DNA of 63,015 bases, filler included, from Basidiobolus ranarum (lineage: Eukaryota), in assembly GCA_040143965.1 (NCBI GenBank). It is 6 parts of 6 records of this genome, joined end to end, with 100 filler letters (N's around TTAATTAATTAA, not from the genome) between each part and the next. Parts side by side here need not be neighbours in the genome. Positions count along the whole stretch, not along the records: positions 42,124 to 52,524 come from JASJQH010007584.1; positions 52,625 to 63,015 come from JASJQH010007585.1; 4 more parts are not named here. One strand, written 5' to 3'. The position numbers and the translations under genes are program-made. The notes under the pieces were generated by a model. It was not told the origin of the DNA. It saw only the letters and a list, made by a program, of their open reading frames with translations, and ran no database searches. Of this stretch, positions 48,779 through 63,015 are shown one piece after another. The number at the start of each line of letters is the position of its first letter. Positions within the stretch are counted from its first letter, which is position 1.

Positions 48779-48850
48779 TGCTAAGGTATTTTGGGACAGG
48801 TTTGGAAAATGTGTATATCTGAGAACTTGTAAATAAATTCCAATTGAGAA
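48779..48850 (-). mobile_element. Internally deleted fragment of the Copia-family LTR
   Basis: TGCTAAGGTATTTTGGGA joined to ...GAAAATGTGTATATCTGAGAACTT...CAATTGAGAA. Both blocks occur in the LTR at 44777-45123. Confidence 0.55.
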
Positions 48851-51648
48851 CTTTTGGAATCCCAAGTTGATTTGGCTGTACCTTCTAATCCCAGCAGTAA
48901 CTATTAGGGCCAGGTGAAGCTCAGATGCCTTGACTGAAGTTTTAGGCTAAATAGCTGCATCTGTAGTAATGCTATTTCATATTGCCATTGTTACTTGAGT
49001 ATTAGTTGTTGAATCACATGGTACAGGAATTCTGCCATATGAAGTGCCTACTTCATACATGAGTACTTAAATTCACCAACAAGTAACCAATGACTCTGAT
49101 GGGAGGTTATAGTAAAGAGAATATTATAATGGTCATAAACTATCAACACATTGAACATAAAGAAATATGATCTAGATCTGCCAATATGGTGAGTATTTGT
49201 CATGAATTTGAAAGGTGAAAATTATTAGTGGTAATATGGGACATATGCTTCATATTTTATAGAATTGCAGTCAAATCTTTCTATCCCAAAGGATAATTCA
49301 AAGTATACACTAGGGGTTGTTAATGAGATTGAATATTTTCTTTCCCTCCATTTCTGAGATATGTTTGAAATATAGACTTCCTTGGATTATGGAAGTATAG
49401 AGTTATCAAATCCTAAAGTAGCTCAATATAAAATGGAGATAGTTTGACATCGATATAGTATTCAACAGTCATGAGGGAAGTAATTATTTGCTTGAATTGC
49501 AGCCGCTGGGTTCCCTTATCCTATCATCACAAAGCCGGCCTCAATGTCTAGCCTGCCATATATGTGATCTGTTAATCTCTATCAGTTGTTTATTATAACC
49601 ACTATTCTGGACAACAAATTGATTATTACTGAGCAGATATGGATACTGAAGTAATTAATATAGGAGCACAGAGAATGAGGCCAAGGATAATATTCAACAA
49701 GCAGGTAACCTAATGAAAAGACCTCAATAAGGGAAAGAGTTAGCACGTCTAATGTTTACAAAGCCAGGATTGCTAAAATACATCAAGGTAGGATCGAAAA
49801 CCCTACATATGTGGGTGGAAAATCGCAAGTTACCGAGTAGGGTGATTACCCTTAGTAAGGCTAAACCAAAACAAGGTTTTTTATAAAAACTCTACCGCTG
49901 GTAAAGTAATCATTTGTACCGTTCTATAATGCATTGAGACATAGACAGAAGAGTTTATTCACAAATTTATGAATTAAGATGCTGATGAGTACGCGTGAAG
50001 TTTGGTGCAATCTGATTGGGACTGAAATTTGCTCAATGGGTGCTACATTTATCTGAAGCAATAAAAAACTACCACTGACAGATAGAACTATGGTTGAGCC
50101 TATCCGTTTTGGTGACAAAAGCCTCATGCTTAGGAGCTGCATGATATGAGTTGGTGAATATTGTATCCGCAGAATTGTTGGGGAACTAGATGCAAAGTAC
50201 AGTATTAGTATTTTGAGGGACGTACTGCAGGCGACTCCAAAGGATGCATGGTGGTTCTATATTTCAGCTGGGTTCAATGCATGCGACAAATAATGCTTGC
50301 ATAAACCATGAGAGCGAGTTATGAAAAGATGCTACCTGAGCCATTTCAAATTATTGGATTAAAACCTATTAAAAATTTATGAAATTTGTTAAGCATATAA
50401 TATAAAAAAGTACAAAACTTCAAAAAAGTAATGGGGTAGTTAAGACAAGGCTACTTTGCTATAAAAGGTAGTTAAGTAAGGCATAAAAAGGTATGTCTCC
50501 CCATGTGTACAGAGCCCAAAGTCAATATGAAGTCGAAAAAAGTGAAGAATGCATGTAGAGATCTTTCCGAAATAAAGCAGGCACTATCAATAGTGCTATG
50601 CTAAGGAATAGGGTTTTCAGCATTCGTTTGCATAAAAACAAGTGAAGCCATAAACTCGTTGTACCTATCACTTGTAGCCTTCCACAACCGACAATTGGTT
50701 GTAAGTGGTAGTGAATGTTTGTTATGAAGAAACCTACCGGAACTATATGGATGATTTCCTATTCCACATAACTGAGTCTAGAATTCATGACTATCTATTT
50801 CGAAACAATATTGGTCGGAACTCCTATTTATGTTGAAAACTGTGTTACATCACAAGACCATTTCAGATTTCGTAACACACATGGTCAAATTTCTGGAATA
50901 GCGAGTGATTAAATATCATCTGTGCTCCTTGTGCATTCAATTGACTACCTTTTCATCTACTGATATGTTTCGAACATTACTACTCTCAGATGCAACAATA
51001 TAGTTCAATATTCCACTAATAAAAGCATGCACTAAGCCAATTGTCAGAAACACTTAATTCTTGATGGGATGATCTTAAAAATACATCACTCCTTCAAATA
51101 GACCTAGGCAATCATGGAGTAGGTACCATGGGCAAATAATGCAGGCTAGAATTATTCGATTTACATCACACCTGCTCAACACAACTATTGCTAGCTTGTT
51201 TGCAATTCCCAACAAACAAGGTTTGGGTGCTTCAAAGCAGATTAGGTATATCGACATAACGAATAAACTTAGAGAACTCGATGAACACCGAATTAATTTG
51301 TTAAACATTGAAATTTTGTATCATGCTGCACCTATTGGCTGTCCGTCTTGACTGACATTTGAAATCAGACTCTTAGGACTTTGCGCGGTGATCCCATCAT
51401 AATACTTAATATCAATACTTTGGACATAGTGATCAGTACCTTTCTAATTCCCATCATGGTTAACATCATTAGATACGAAAATTTATTGGTAAAAATTGGT
51501 GCAGGTTGCTAAATATCAATATGTACACGGAGTTGCTTAGATGTAATCCATAATGTTTGTTCAGCAGAAATGATTGATGCTCACTACCGAAATCTAGTAT
51601 TAGTAGCAACACTTGAAGGTCAATATCGAACCGTCATAAACTCTGTAC

Positions 51649-52474
51649 TTAAGGACATGTGCCGCTTAAACTGTATGGAGGAGCGCTGTAACCAGCCTGA
51701 CTCCAAGTGGTTAGGTTGGGATTGCTGTAAGCATTCCAATGCTTGTTAATGTATTTAGCCGTTGGGAAGTCAGGTGGATTGCATCCGATATTAATACGTT
51801 CAGGATGTTGATAAAGTCGAACATAATCAATTCTCATAATGGATGGGAAAACAAGTTTATCCCATTGAATATTCTCGGTAAAACTTGTGGATATCGCCAA
51901 GTTCATGATCATATACATCGGTTCTGCTGCGATCAAACGTTGGGCCACTTTGCTCTTAGGATTGGGACCTAACGCCGCTGCATCTAGACGCCAAGTAGGC
52001 TTCCCGTTCATAAGCCAAGTAACGTATCCCGTTGGTCCAGGTTCATACTCAATTCCATATGTTTGATAACCTTTGCCATCGTATACGTCCAAAGGAACTG
52101 TCGTTAAAGCAGAGGCAAATTGTTGAAGTGGAGTACCACGATATTCATTCAGTGTAGTGATGGAATCATCGTATATTTTAGTGTATGCCTGGTTCATTAA
52201 TTGGCCACTATCAAATGGAGCAATTTGATGAGTTTGGGATGCTTTTCCAGGGATTCCTTTGTCGTGACTACCAACAACTTCAATGATATCAATTTCTGGA
52301 GCAGCACGACCTTTGCCAGGAGAGGGATGATCTTCACCAGAGCAAACACATTTATTCAGTCTTTGACCTGGAAGGCCAGATAAAGTCTCCGTTATGGACT
52401 GATTTAGAGTGACTCCAGTATCACAACTGTCATAGCTATATGGCCAAACACCCTCTGTGGTAGCACCATATCCA
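51649..52474 (-). CDS. KRE6: KRE6/SKN1 beta-glucan synthesis-associated GH16-like protein, last exon only (5' part lies beyond the contig end)
   Basis: After the acceptor at 52475: GYGATTEGVWPYSYDSCD...LPGQRL..C.C.GEDHP..GKGRAAPEIDIIE...APFD...LNEYRGTPLQQ...EPMYMIMNL...MRIDYVRLYQ...C.PPDFPT..YI..H..AY.NPNLTTW. Confidence 0.93.
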
Positions 52475-52524
52475 CTAAAATTGTTTGTTAGTTTCTATTA
52501 CCAAAAGAATATCTTCCATCAAAT

Positions 52525-52624
52525 NNNNNNNNNNNNNNNNNNNNNNNNNNNNNNNNNNNNNNNNNNNNTTAATTAATTAANNNNNNNNNNNNNNNNNNNN
52601 NNNNNNNNNNNNNNNNNNNNNNNN
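52525..52624. other. Artificial contig spacer
   Basis: N44-TTAATTAATTAA-N44. Confidence 0.98.
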
Positions 52625-53066
<442 letters not shown>

Positions 53067-53615
53067 ATAGTAGAGTAGAAAATTTCGTTAAACCCTTAAC
53101 CTATATTTACATTTATTTGTTTATTTCTATTTTTATTTGATTTCATTATCGATGGATAATATGCCTGTATGGTCAACTTTGGAAATATCAATTTCTTCTC
53201 AGTAGTTTTACTCTCAATATTCTTGTACGTAACTAACATAGTTACATCCGATTACCTATATGGTGAAGTCCGTTCATAGGAGCCGTGTACTCTAAAAACC
53301 TCTTTTATTAATCTATTTTCATATGCCAACCTAACTATTGAATAAACTCCTCTTACTCTAAATACTGATTACGCTATATTGGAGTTTCAAGATACTGTTT
53401 ATATATCAAATCCACTACTTTGAAGAAAATGACTACGGTCTCAAAGGAGCTGAAGCAATGGCTGATTTCTACGCTGCTTTATACATTTTCAAAGGTCATT
53501 GGAAAAGCATGCTTAATATAGTCAAGATTGAAATAAAACTGAATATTCTTTGATAAAGTGAGTGAGAAAATACATAGATGTATGAAAAGATATTGCAGTG
53601 GTGACGGCGTAGGTA

Positions 53616-56232
53616 TCACTTTTTGTACCACTGCTTCTTGAACAGCGGATGATGCTCTCCAGAAGAAGCTCCTCGCGAGCCACCACTTCGAACCGCTCTG
53701 TTGGGCTCCATGTAAGCCATATCATCTCCACCAGCCAGTGACTTCATAGATCCTGCACCACGTTTGACCAAGGGTCTCTTAGATGACCGAGAGGACACAT
53801 CATCAGCATCAACGGGTACATCTAGATCTGCCTCATCATCATTTGCCATTAGGACACTTTTTAGAAGTTCCATTTGAGACTCCTTGGATCTATACACAAG
53901 ATTAGGATCAGCCTCCATACCCTCAAGGTGAGTGATAACTTTGAAAGCATATCCTTGATCGATCAAGAACTGTTGACGCTTAGTGGAATAGTACATTTCT
54001 TGGGTATCTTTAGAAACAAGTGAGTAAAAGAAAGCATTGAATCCCTCATCATTACGGCGCTTAGCTCTGAGGATACGCCCTAAACGCTGGGCTTCTTGAC
54101 GTCTAGAACCATAATGAGAGGAGATTTGAATCAAGCATGTTGCCTCTGGAAGATCGATAGAAGTATCACCAACTTTGGACAGGAAGATCGTACTCAATTG
54201 TGGATTGTGCTGGAATTGCTGTAGAATTCTAAGTCGTTCTTGCTGCCCAGTACCACCATAAATGTAAGGTTTCTTTAGCTTGAGGGCATAGGCCTTCAGG
54301 GCATAAACGTTATCTGAGAATACGATGATCTTATCTCCTCTCCTCTCATGATAATCAATCAAATATTGTGCAGCCTGGAACTTCTTAGGATTCATGACGT
54401 AGAGCAACATACGCTTTCTCGAACTCTCGCCCAGATATTCTCGATAAAACTCTGGAGTCATTGGACACCATACTTCAGCACACTGTACAGTGGCAATATG
54501 TCCTTGTTGAGAGAGCTCCATCCAATTCGCTTCATAGAGTTTGGGACCAATCAAGAAATTAAGATCGTCAATCTTCTCATCTTCACGTACAAGGGTCGCG
54601 GTGAGACCAAGTTTAGCGTGAGCGGCAATAGTACTGACCACTTTACGAAACATGTTCGCGGGAACCACATGTACCTCATCTAAAAGAATGAAACCCCACT
54701 CTCGGCTGGTTAAGAAGTCCATCATCTTTTGTGCATCATGCGAGCGATTACGAGTATTGGCAACCATGGAGTATGTAGACACAACGATACCGGATTCACC
54801 CGAGAATCTCTCTTTCTGTTCGGAAGTAAACACGGCTATTTGACGCTCACTAATGCTTGACCACTGAAGGTACTGTTGTTTCCACTGATTTACCGACACA
54901 GAGGAAGTACAAAGCACCAGGGTGCTCTTTTTAATTGTGCACGTAGCTGTAATTCCAACCAATGTTTTACCGGCTCCACACGGAAGCACAATAATACCCG
55001 AACGAGCACGGCCGTTACCAAACATTTTGCTGAGACTCTTCTCTTGATAAGGACGAATAGCGGTAATGGGCTTCAGATCGATCTCCAAGTTAGGATTGAT
55101 GGTGTCATTACGGAAATCGTACTCTTCCAACATGGGATAATCAAGTTCGGTACATCTTTTCTTGACAATTTCTACGAATCCAGGGTCAATTTCGAAAGAA
55201 TGTACTTGATCTCCGTCGTCCTCTTCCTGGTCGTCCTTGTCGATATCAACCACTGCAAAGATCTCATCCTCCGTGCTTGCCTTTTCTTCTGTGGTTTTCT
55301 CTTTCTGATCTTCTTTGCTTTTTATACCTGGGATTTTGAGATCTTTACCCGAAGGCGCTTTAGACGAGATCAGGTCCTTTCCCTTGTCGTCGGAAGAAGC
55401 GATTCGGGATTGTGCAATGACTTGGTCTCGGAGAAGTAGCTGAAGAATCTCTGGGTGTGAAGATTCGACAAAATACCGATTATGATTCAAAACCAACTTG
55501 ACCTTGCCGTATGATAGGGTACACTGTCTAATGAACTGGATGATGGGCTCAGGTACTGGGGCCTAAAAGACATTGGAAATTATGTTATGGGTATGGTTTC
55601 TATTATTATGAAATAGCAACGCAACTAGGTACCTTTGATAATCTGTTTAGTACGTCAATAATATCCTGCGTTTCCAAACCGACAGATACAGCAGCATATA
55701 AAGAGTAAGGAGTCAACCGGTATTCATGGATATATGATGGTCTAACCGAAGATTACAAAGAGTGAGCTTACAAATGGAAAAAAAAAATGGATTTTTTCAG
55801 AGGAATGTTGAAATAATACCTGCTCACTGGTTCACTAATTGCAATCAAGAAATCTTGAGCTTGTTCAGCAATTGGCGAGAACCCTTCTAGAATGATGTGA
55901 CCATTCTCCGGACTGATCCAAAGAGGTCGAGATTCGTGATCTGGCTTTAATGGTAAATAGGTGTAATCTTCGTCACCAAAAATGTGTGACACTGAATCAC
56001 GATTTATATGAGCCTTTTGTGGTGCGATGGAGCTTACTTCCAGCGTAGCATTTTTGGGCACTATTTTAGAAACAAAAACAATAGGATTAAATCCAATTTT
56101 CATTCAACCAGAAATTCCCTAGTTTCCAAAATAAAATAACATACACATTGCTTGTGCTTGAGCAAACAATTCGTCCTCAAAATCCTCATCATCAAGTGAG
56201 GGTGACCCTTTACGCTTTTGACTAGTATTCAT
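53616..56232 (-). CDS. SSL2: TFIIH helicase XPB (SSL2/RAD25); exons 56232-56145, 56060-55820, 55741-55633, 55562-53616
   Basis: [88 protein letters not shown]. Three GT-AG introns keep the frame. Confidence 0.97.
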
Positions 56233-56977
56233 TCTTCAAAATCCAATAATTAAAACCACCTTTTTCGCACACTTCTCACTGGTGATATAATGCAGTAAGT
56301 AAAGCTTGGTGTTTCGACAAGTAAATAACTATGCTTTATGCTTCAAGAAGGAGAAGTGAAGCAAAGATGTATTTTTGGTTCATACAAATTTGGTGCTTAT
56401 TTATACATGAAAATCCATGTCCGCAGTTATGGAGTTTTTAAACTATTGGTGCTTGATTAATTTGATGAGAAATTTATTAAAACATGGTCACTAGGTACAT
56501 ATGAGATTATTGAATAGACTTTGATTGATTATGACTAAGCATTGAGTACAGATATGTGCACATTGATGTACTCCTGGGAATTCTTAGATTGTCTATAAAT
56601 TTGGTTGCCGCTACTGTAATCCTACTATAGAAATCGTATATTATTAGGGCTCCTTGAAAGTTGCCATAATCGATAATTTAGTTCACTCAAGGCCAGAATA
56701 TTCAGCAACAAGGCGTGCTCTCGATTTACCTCTAGGCCACCAAACACAAATTCACATATGTTGTTGAATAGAATCATGGACTATTCTGGTTGAGAATAAA
56801 TGGTTGAAATTAGAATAATCAAAATAACCATGCTGTAATGAGTAGATCAGACAGAACTGTTATATTAGCATCGTTTGAGTTAAAATAAATCTAAGGGTGA
56901 GTGACATGAAGAAAGGGACATGAGTGGATTTGTATAGGCATAGGTATAGGACAAGTGATGGCCGAGTTGAGGTGCTT

Positions 56978-58853
56978 CTAGGAGATTTTGGGACGCTTAG
57001 AAGGCGACTCTGCATTATCGGAGGCAGATTGGCGTTTAGTAATCGCATCCGAACTGCCATCACCCGACCCGGGATCGCACAGTGCCGTCTCAGGTGATAA
57101 TGTTGTATGAACTCGGCTGAACTCTTGCTTTAACGTATTGATATAAGGAGCGGTGGTTGCGTCATCCTGTATCCGATCTTCAATCTGGAAGAGACAAACT
57201 ATTAGCAACAATAATGAAGAGGAAATACAAGATGTCATTTACCTTCATCCATGGATGGCTTAGGGCCTCGTCTACGGTCAACCGTTCCTGCGGATTCACT
57301 TGCAAAAGCTTCTTCACTAAATCAATGGCTTCAACAGGCTTTAGTACACGGCAACCGATGGATAAAGAACATGGACACTACCTTCAAAAGATATGTTATC
57401 CCAGTAGGGTGAGGGGAAATTATATATCCCTTCTTTGATCTGAGTCTGCATACTGGGAGGTCCAAGCTCATCTATTACCAAGAGAGGATTAACGAATACT
57501 CATTGAGCATTACTATCAACGTGTCATAGTTAAATTACCAGAAAAAGGTGGGAAACCGCACAAACAAATGTACAATATTACACCCAAGCTCCACAAGTCA
57601 ACCCCTTTGGAGTATTGACGATGCTGTGGTAGTTGTAACACTTCGGGGGCAACATAGTTTGGAGTTCCACATAGTGTTTGAATGAACGATGCCTCGCCAA
57701 CAATCTTTGCTAGGCCAAAATCGGATACCTTGACTCGCAATGGACCCTTCGAGTCCAAAAGGATATTCTCCGGCTTCATGTCGCGATGGGTGATTCCACG
57801 GTCGTGTAAATACTTGATAGCTTGAAAGAGTTGGTAAAAGATGAATCTTGCCTCAGGTTCGGAAAAACGTTGTTTCTTTTGTATGAGATCAAAGAGTTCT
57901 CCGCCATCTACCAACTCCAAGATAATATAAAGGAAATCCTGCTCATCGTAAACACCGTGCGTTGAGATGATACACGGGTGCTTGATTGCCATAAGAATCG
58001 CAATCTCGCGTTGTAGGGCTTCGTTTAGCTTTGGCTTATGTCTAAACCGAAGTTTATTAATGATTTTGACTGCGAATTTTTTTCCAGTTGATCTCTCTGT
58101 AGCCACTTTGACTTCAGCGAAGTTTCCTTGACCTAAAGTTGCCCCAATGAAGTACTTTTCGTTGATGGTCGATTTGAACTCATCATCTTGCATGATTTGT
58201 TTGAAAAGGAAAAAATTGTTGTCGAATGTTCCCGCTGACTTGGAACTAGTAGAGGTTAGTTGTATATGATCTCCACTAAATATCTGTCTACGTTGGTTAC
58301 GTCCAATCTTTTTCCCATTCACCCGAGTACCGTTAGAACTTAAATCCTCGATAAAGACACACTCTTGAGGGCCAGTTTGAGTATCTATTTTGTTTTCTTT
58401 AAAAACCAGACAATGCCTATTACTTATTTGTGGATGGTTAATGGTTACATCACATTCAGGATGTCTTCCCAATAAATACCCTTTACCATCGGTTTTACTT
58501 AAATGAATGGTTGGAAGTACTGAACTGAAAGATTGTAAGATCCCCCAACTTTCAGCAGTTTCCTGTGTTTCTTGTGTCACCTCCGGGGAGACATTGATTG
58601 GTGAAGAACCCTCAAACTCAGGTGTATGAACAACCTCGGAAGCCAAGTCTTCAGCTTTTTGGAGGAAAGATACTTGAGAGTGGGTGTGCAATGAGACTTC
58701 AACATCCTCTTCTTCAACGTTGGGGTTGTTGCCGGAAGTCCCCAACTCTGTTTGTGAGGCCATTAAAGGTAAATCATCCGTGGCCATACTGGAACCTTTG
58801 GAAAACAGTGGGTCTTCAAAAGAGAATGGCAGACGTTGTTGTTGTTCAGCCAT
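56978..58853 (-). CDS. CHK2: Chk2/Cds1-like checkpoint kinase (SQ/TQ cluster, FHA, kinase); exons 58853-57539, 57471-57382, 57328-57243, 57184-56978
   Basis: N-terminal SQ/TQ sites (VTQETQE), FHA domain (GR..ECD, ISNRHC, DLSSNGT), kinase domain (LGQGNFAEV, HRDMKPEN, DFG, TLCGTPNYVAPE, DLWSLG). Three introns near the 3' end resolved manually. Confidence 0.9.
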
Positions 58854-60790
58854 TTAGGTGATATTTTTCCCTTTATATAGAACTATCGATGCTTATGTAA
58901 TCGGCTCTTAAAGAAGTCAATGATAGCCAGGAAAGACAAACGATTGAAGCGGGAAATACTCTGTACGATAACAGTTGCCTGGTATTTAAAGAAATGTAGT
59001 GCAAAAGAAGGTACCTTTTAAGTTGGTGCTATTGATAATGTATCATGCCCTTTAGGATTACAGTTTTTGAATCAAAAGTGTACGAATTTGTTGACAAATG
59101 AGTGGAAATAGGAAATAATTAGTGGAATAACCAATTTGATCACCTAAAGTCCGAAAAGCCGAACGACTTCGGTCTTTTCTACTGACCGGTATTTCCTTGC
59201 TTATATCTGGATCGAGAATCAAATATGCTATGGATTTCGTGGATTAGAAATTGGAAATGTTCCATATCTCATGCCTTGATCTCTCAAGCAGTCTCAAAAA
59301 AAAAGAAAACATTGTGATGATGACTGCGGCACTCCCTAGTAATCTAAACCCTAATCCACGAATACGACAGTTGATTAAACTAGGTAAACTTTGCTTAAGC
59401 CTAGATCTGTTCAACGGAACTAACTGAAATAGTATTCTGGGGATGAAGAATATGATGTTCAGGGGTAAGTAGGAATAAAGTTTGATAATCTACATTTCAC
59501 ACCAACTCGATTGAATGAAAACATACTAAACGAGCTATTCATGAAAGTATATCTCCGTATGATAAGTAGAAAGCGAACGAATGCTGTGAAAGCACTTTAC
59601 ATCGATTAACCCTTCAAAAAGACAAGGATATAACCATATATATAGAATATATCTCCGTAATTTGCACTCTTGGCTATAGTCTTTAATCTTAATATGTACC
59701 AAAGTGCTTGAGTTGCCAACTGAGATGGTAAGTAGTGAGATACTTGTGCCAATTCCATCCAATCGTTGACTGTAAGCAGATGGAGTAGGTGCTACCAACT
59801 CACAATATAGCGCCAGTACTACTAGTTATCATTGATCAGTAGATGTCGTCAATATCTTCTAGAACGTTGCCTTATAGGGTGTACAGCACTAAACCAGCGG
59901 CCAATGAAGCATCACGCAGAAGTCAAGGGAACTTCTAGAGTATTACCAAGCTTTTACGGATATATTAAGGGGTGCTCTCGACTTTGTAATTGACAAGCAA
60001 AAATCCCTCATCTCCAATAGATTGTGCTGTATGGTGATTATTCCAGAGCATTTCCATATTGGGAAGGCTTCTTTTCCGCTCTCTGAGGTGTAGCAAAATT
60101 CACTCAATCATGTACGACATTGCTTGGGGCGAATGAGATATGATTGGGAAGAGTGCAAATTAAGGGCTGCACATTTAAGCAACGGTGTCGGTTCTTTTGC
60201 AAGAAAGGGGCCTGTATTGGCATCTTCATGGTATATTAAATCACTGTGAGCTCATGTTTCAACCTATGAGTAAGGAACTGTTGCTGGAGTTCAAACCAGC
60301 AAAAATGCCGCATTGATTGCTCAAGTTTACTGATTAAGATCACGTAAGTGCCATCAGCCCAGACTCTGTCGTAATTGGGCTTGTCTCAGAAGGACTAATG
60401 TGCAATTTGAAAAAGGGAAATGTGTGGAAGTTTTCCATGGGATTCCGCGATTCCAATAGATGTAACATTGGATTACTTATACTGATCCCACAGGGTTGAA
60501 TTGGTTGGCTGGCCATTGATTGTACTCACATAATCCCGTCTCAGGGTGACTCTAGAGTTTTAGAATAGTTCGACAATCGAATGAGGGATATTTGCTGGTG
60601 CAGAAGTTGAGCGAATTTTGCTGCAGTCAGATTTTCTCTTATAAAGGATGGGGAGAGACAATGTCTAGTTCTAGATTGTCACTTTTTCTTACTTTTATCG
60701 AAGCCCACCTACTTGATCTACTCTTGATTACTTTGTTTTTCACTCTCTCCTACAACTTATAATAGCGCTATATTCGATTTCACCTGCATT

Positions 60791-62145
60791 ATGTCGAAAA
60801 AAGCTATCTTGGACAGGGAAAGCTCCCGTTCCGCTTCTAGAAGTCCTCCAGCTAAAGAGGATCCAAACTCTTCTGTGAAGACACAAACTGCCTTTGTTGG
60901 AAAACTCTATACGTAAGTACCATTATGGAGTTCGTTAGTCAAGTAACGTCTGTGCTAACTTGTCCTGTTTTTCACAAAAAGAATGGTGGAAGATCCTTGC
61001 ATTCAGACCCTTATATCCTGGTCGAAAACCGGCACTACTTTCTTGGTTCACGAGCCCACCGAGTTCTCCAAGAAAGTCCTCCCTATATATTTTAAGCACA
61101 ACAACTGGCAGAGTTTTGTCAGGCAACTCAACAGTAAGTCGCTTTTACCTTTAGAAGATAACTAGCACCAGTGACTGACTTGTTTTCTTGTATTTATTCA
61201 AATTACTAGTGTATGGATTTCACAAAGGTATGTAAACTTATCTGTGTATAGTTCTTATTGGTTGACACTAACCCTATATTTGAATTTTTCTTAGTCAACA
61301 ACGTTTTTCATACGAATAGCCCTATTGATGGTCAACCTTGGGAATTCGAGCACTCGGATTTTCGTAAAGGCGCACAGGAATTACTAAGTAATATCAAGCG
61401 AAAGGCTCCAAAGTCCAATAGTCAAGCCATACCACAGTCAGCCTCAGAGGTGCCAACGAATCAACCAAAACCGATTCGAATTGCTACTCCAGAAGCTACA
61501 ACTGACTTAGACCCACGAGATGCAGTTATTGAGCAATTGACCCAGAAGGTGAGCCGCTTAGAACAGAGCCTGGAGAAAATGCACAATTCTTACGAGCATT
61601 TGTCATCCGAGGTGTCTTCATATCAATCAGCTCAAGCTAAGAGCTTTCAACTCATTGCTCGCATGACCGATATGCTTCAATCGCTTGCAAAAGATGATTT
61701 GGATGATTTTCATGCGTATCGTAAACGTAAATTTGATAACATCAACGATATCAAGTACGAGGTAGCAAATCTCATGAATTCCGAACCATCTGGCTACTCA
61801 ATAGCGCTTCCTCCCAAGGAGAGCACTTATGTCATACCCCCCACTCGGATACCAGAGCCTCAATCTGATTTTAGCACCAACCAGCCTCACGCAAGACATG
61901 GAGAAGGACGTCATCTAACACCGCCCTTCCATTCTTCCACCAGTTCAAGCTATGGTCAATCTTATCTGCCTTCTATCCAGACCTCGACCAAGTATCCCCT
62001 TTCCCCAAGCTCAAACCCTCGCGACGGCAAGTCATCTTCTCCAGTATTTCTGCCTTGCGCCAACATCACCCTCCCACCACTAGCAGAAATGGCCTCTCGT
62101 AGTAACTACAATATGCCACTGTCAAAGCAGCCTAGATTAGCTTGA
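60791..62145 (+). CDS. HSF-type DNA-binding transcription factor; exons 60791-60912, 60982-61133, 61210-61227, 61295-62145
   Basis: AFVGKLYT|MVED...LISWS..G..F.V...EFSK.VLP.YFKHNNWQSFVRQLN|MYGFHK|V...WEFEH..F.KG..ELL..IKRK, followed by a coiled coil. Confidence 0.93.
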
Positions 62146-63015
62146 ACTGGATCGTTAGATTTAGATCCAAAGAAAGAAGAAATATAATGTATAGTAGTAG
62201 TTACCTAGTCTACATTCGTTAGTAGACCATTTCTTTTGATGTAAATATATTATTGCTCTACTCGCTCGAAACTGTGTACACTTCGCCTAATAAATCAGAC
62301 CAACAGAATGCGCCAACATACGGAGACATACTAGATATTTCGAAATTTTTCTTAGTAGAACAGAATGATGTGCTTGTTCTATTTGTAAATATATTTTCAC
62401 GATTGTCCTTATTTCTTGTTGTCTAATTATCAGAGAAGCATAGATTGTCAAGATTTCACCAATTCATAAACCCAGCTATATTGAATTTGAGGTATATTGG
62501 CTGTAGGTGTGATGATGTAATGCTTGGGTTAGGATGCAGGAGAAGTGTGTTAGTATCTGAATTAAAGTTACGCTACAGACTCACTTCAAATAAACGAATT
62601 GTTAGCTGTGCATATAAAGCCGAATTAATCACTCAAGTATAATATGATGGAAACTAAAGTGCAGTAAATTTGGTTGAAATTTTGAACCATTTTCGGTGAG
62701 TGAATTAATAAGTAATGTGCAATAAAAGAGGTAAACATCAAGACAATCAGATACATTGATTATAAGCAGGTTTTTCGGTGATTTATGCCAACATTCAAGG
62801 CTTGCTTTACGTCTACATTTTACATTACATTAGTGCATAAGATAGATACCAGTTGGGTTACCTTTACTATAAATATCGAATAATGAAGACACTTTCATAT
62901 CAGTAACATTCATCTGGATCATCACTTTTGGCATTCCACATCGCATTCATCATATCATGCATTTCTCTAACATCTCCATCGCTGTTCTCTTATCCTTCGT
63001 ATCAGCCGTACTTAC

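Noticed and set aside
53616-58853. SSL2 next to a Chk2-like kinase as a DNA-repair cluster
   Set aside because: Two co-oriented housekeeping genes with no shared promoter. Chance adjacency is sufficient without synteny data.
62880-63015. Possible 3' end of a minus-strand gene (GTAAGT donor at the window end)
   Set aside because: Too short to establish a frame or product.

Overview
Eukaryotic, AT-rich fungal DNA with short GT-AG introns of about 53-94 nt and Zn2Cys6, KRE6/SKN1 and Pcl-cyclin genes. An early-diverging (Zoopagomycota/Mucoromycota, Basidiobolus-like) source is my inference, not something the sequence proves. The window is not one locus: five identical 100-nt N44-TTAATTAATTAA-N44 spacers join six segments of decreasing length (10454, 10444, 10420, 10405, 10401, 10391 nt), so adjacency across spacers means nothing. 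Segment 1: sugar porter (partial), hexokinase and LysM-GH18 chitinase pseudogenes, a nest of Copia LTRs, a head-to-head pair of uricases and a secreted Cys-repeat protein. Segment 2: MFSD1-like transporter end, tandem CCCH zinc-finger gene, atypical hexokinase, Pcl-type cyclin. Segment 3: secreted DUF3472-like protein, 2OG-Fe(II) dioxygenase. Segment 4: tandem triplet of Zn2Cys6/Fungal_trans transcription factors, the third frameshifted. Segment 5: decayed Copia element with a nested solo LTR, ankyrin-like protein, KRE6/SKN1 last exon. Segment 6: mitochondrial cox1 fragment fused in frame to a second Cys-repeat protein, SSL2/XPB, Chk2-like kinase, HSF-domain factor. Best leads: a C-x18/19-C repeat module I do not recognise, shared by two unlinked genes; the divergent uricase pair differing in peroxisomal targeting; a killer-toxin-type chitinase relic; and a bacterial-like secreted DUF3472 protein.
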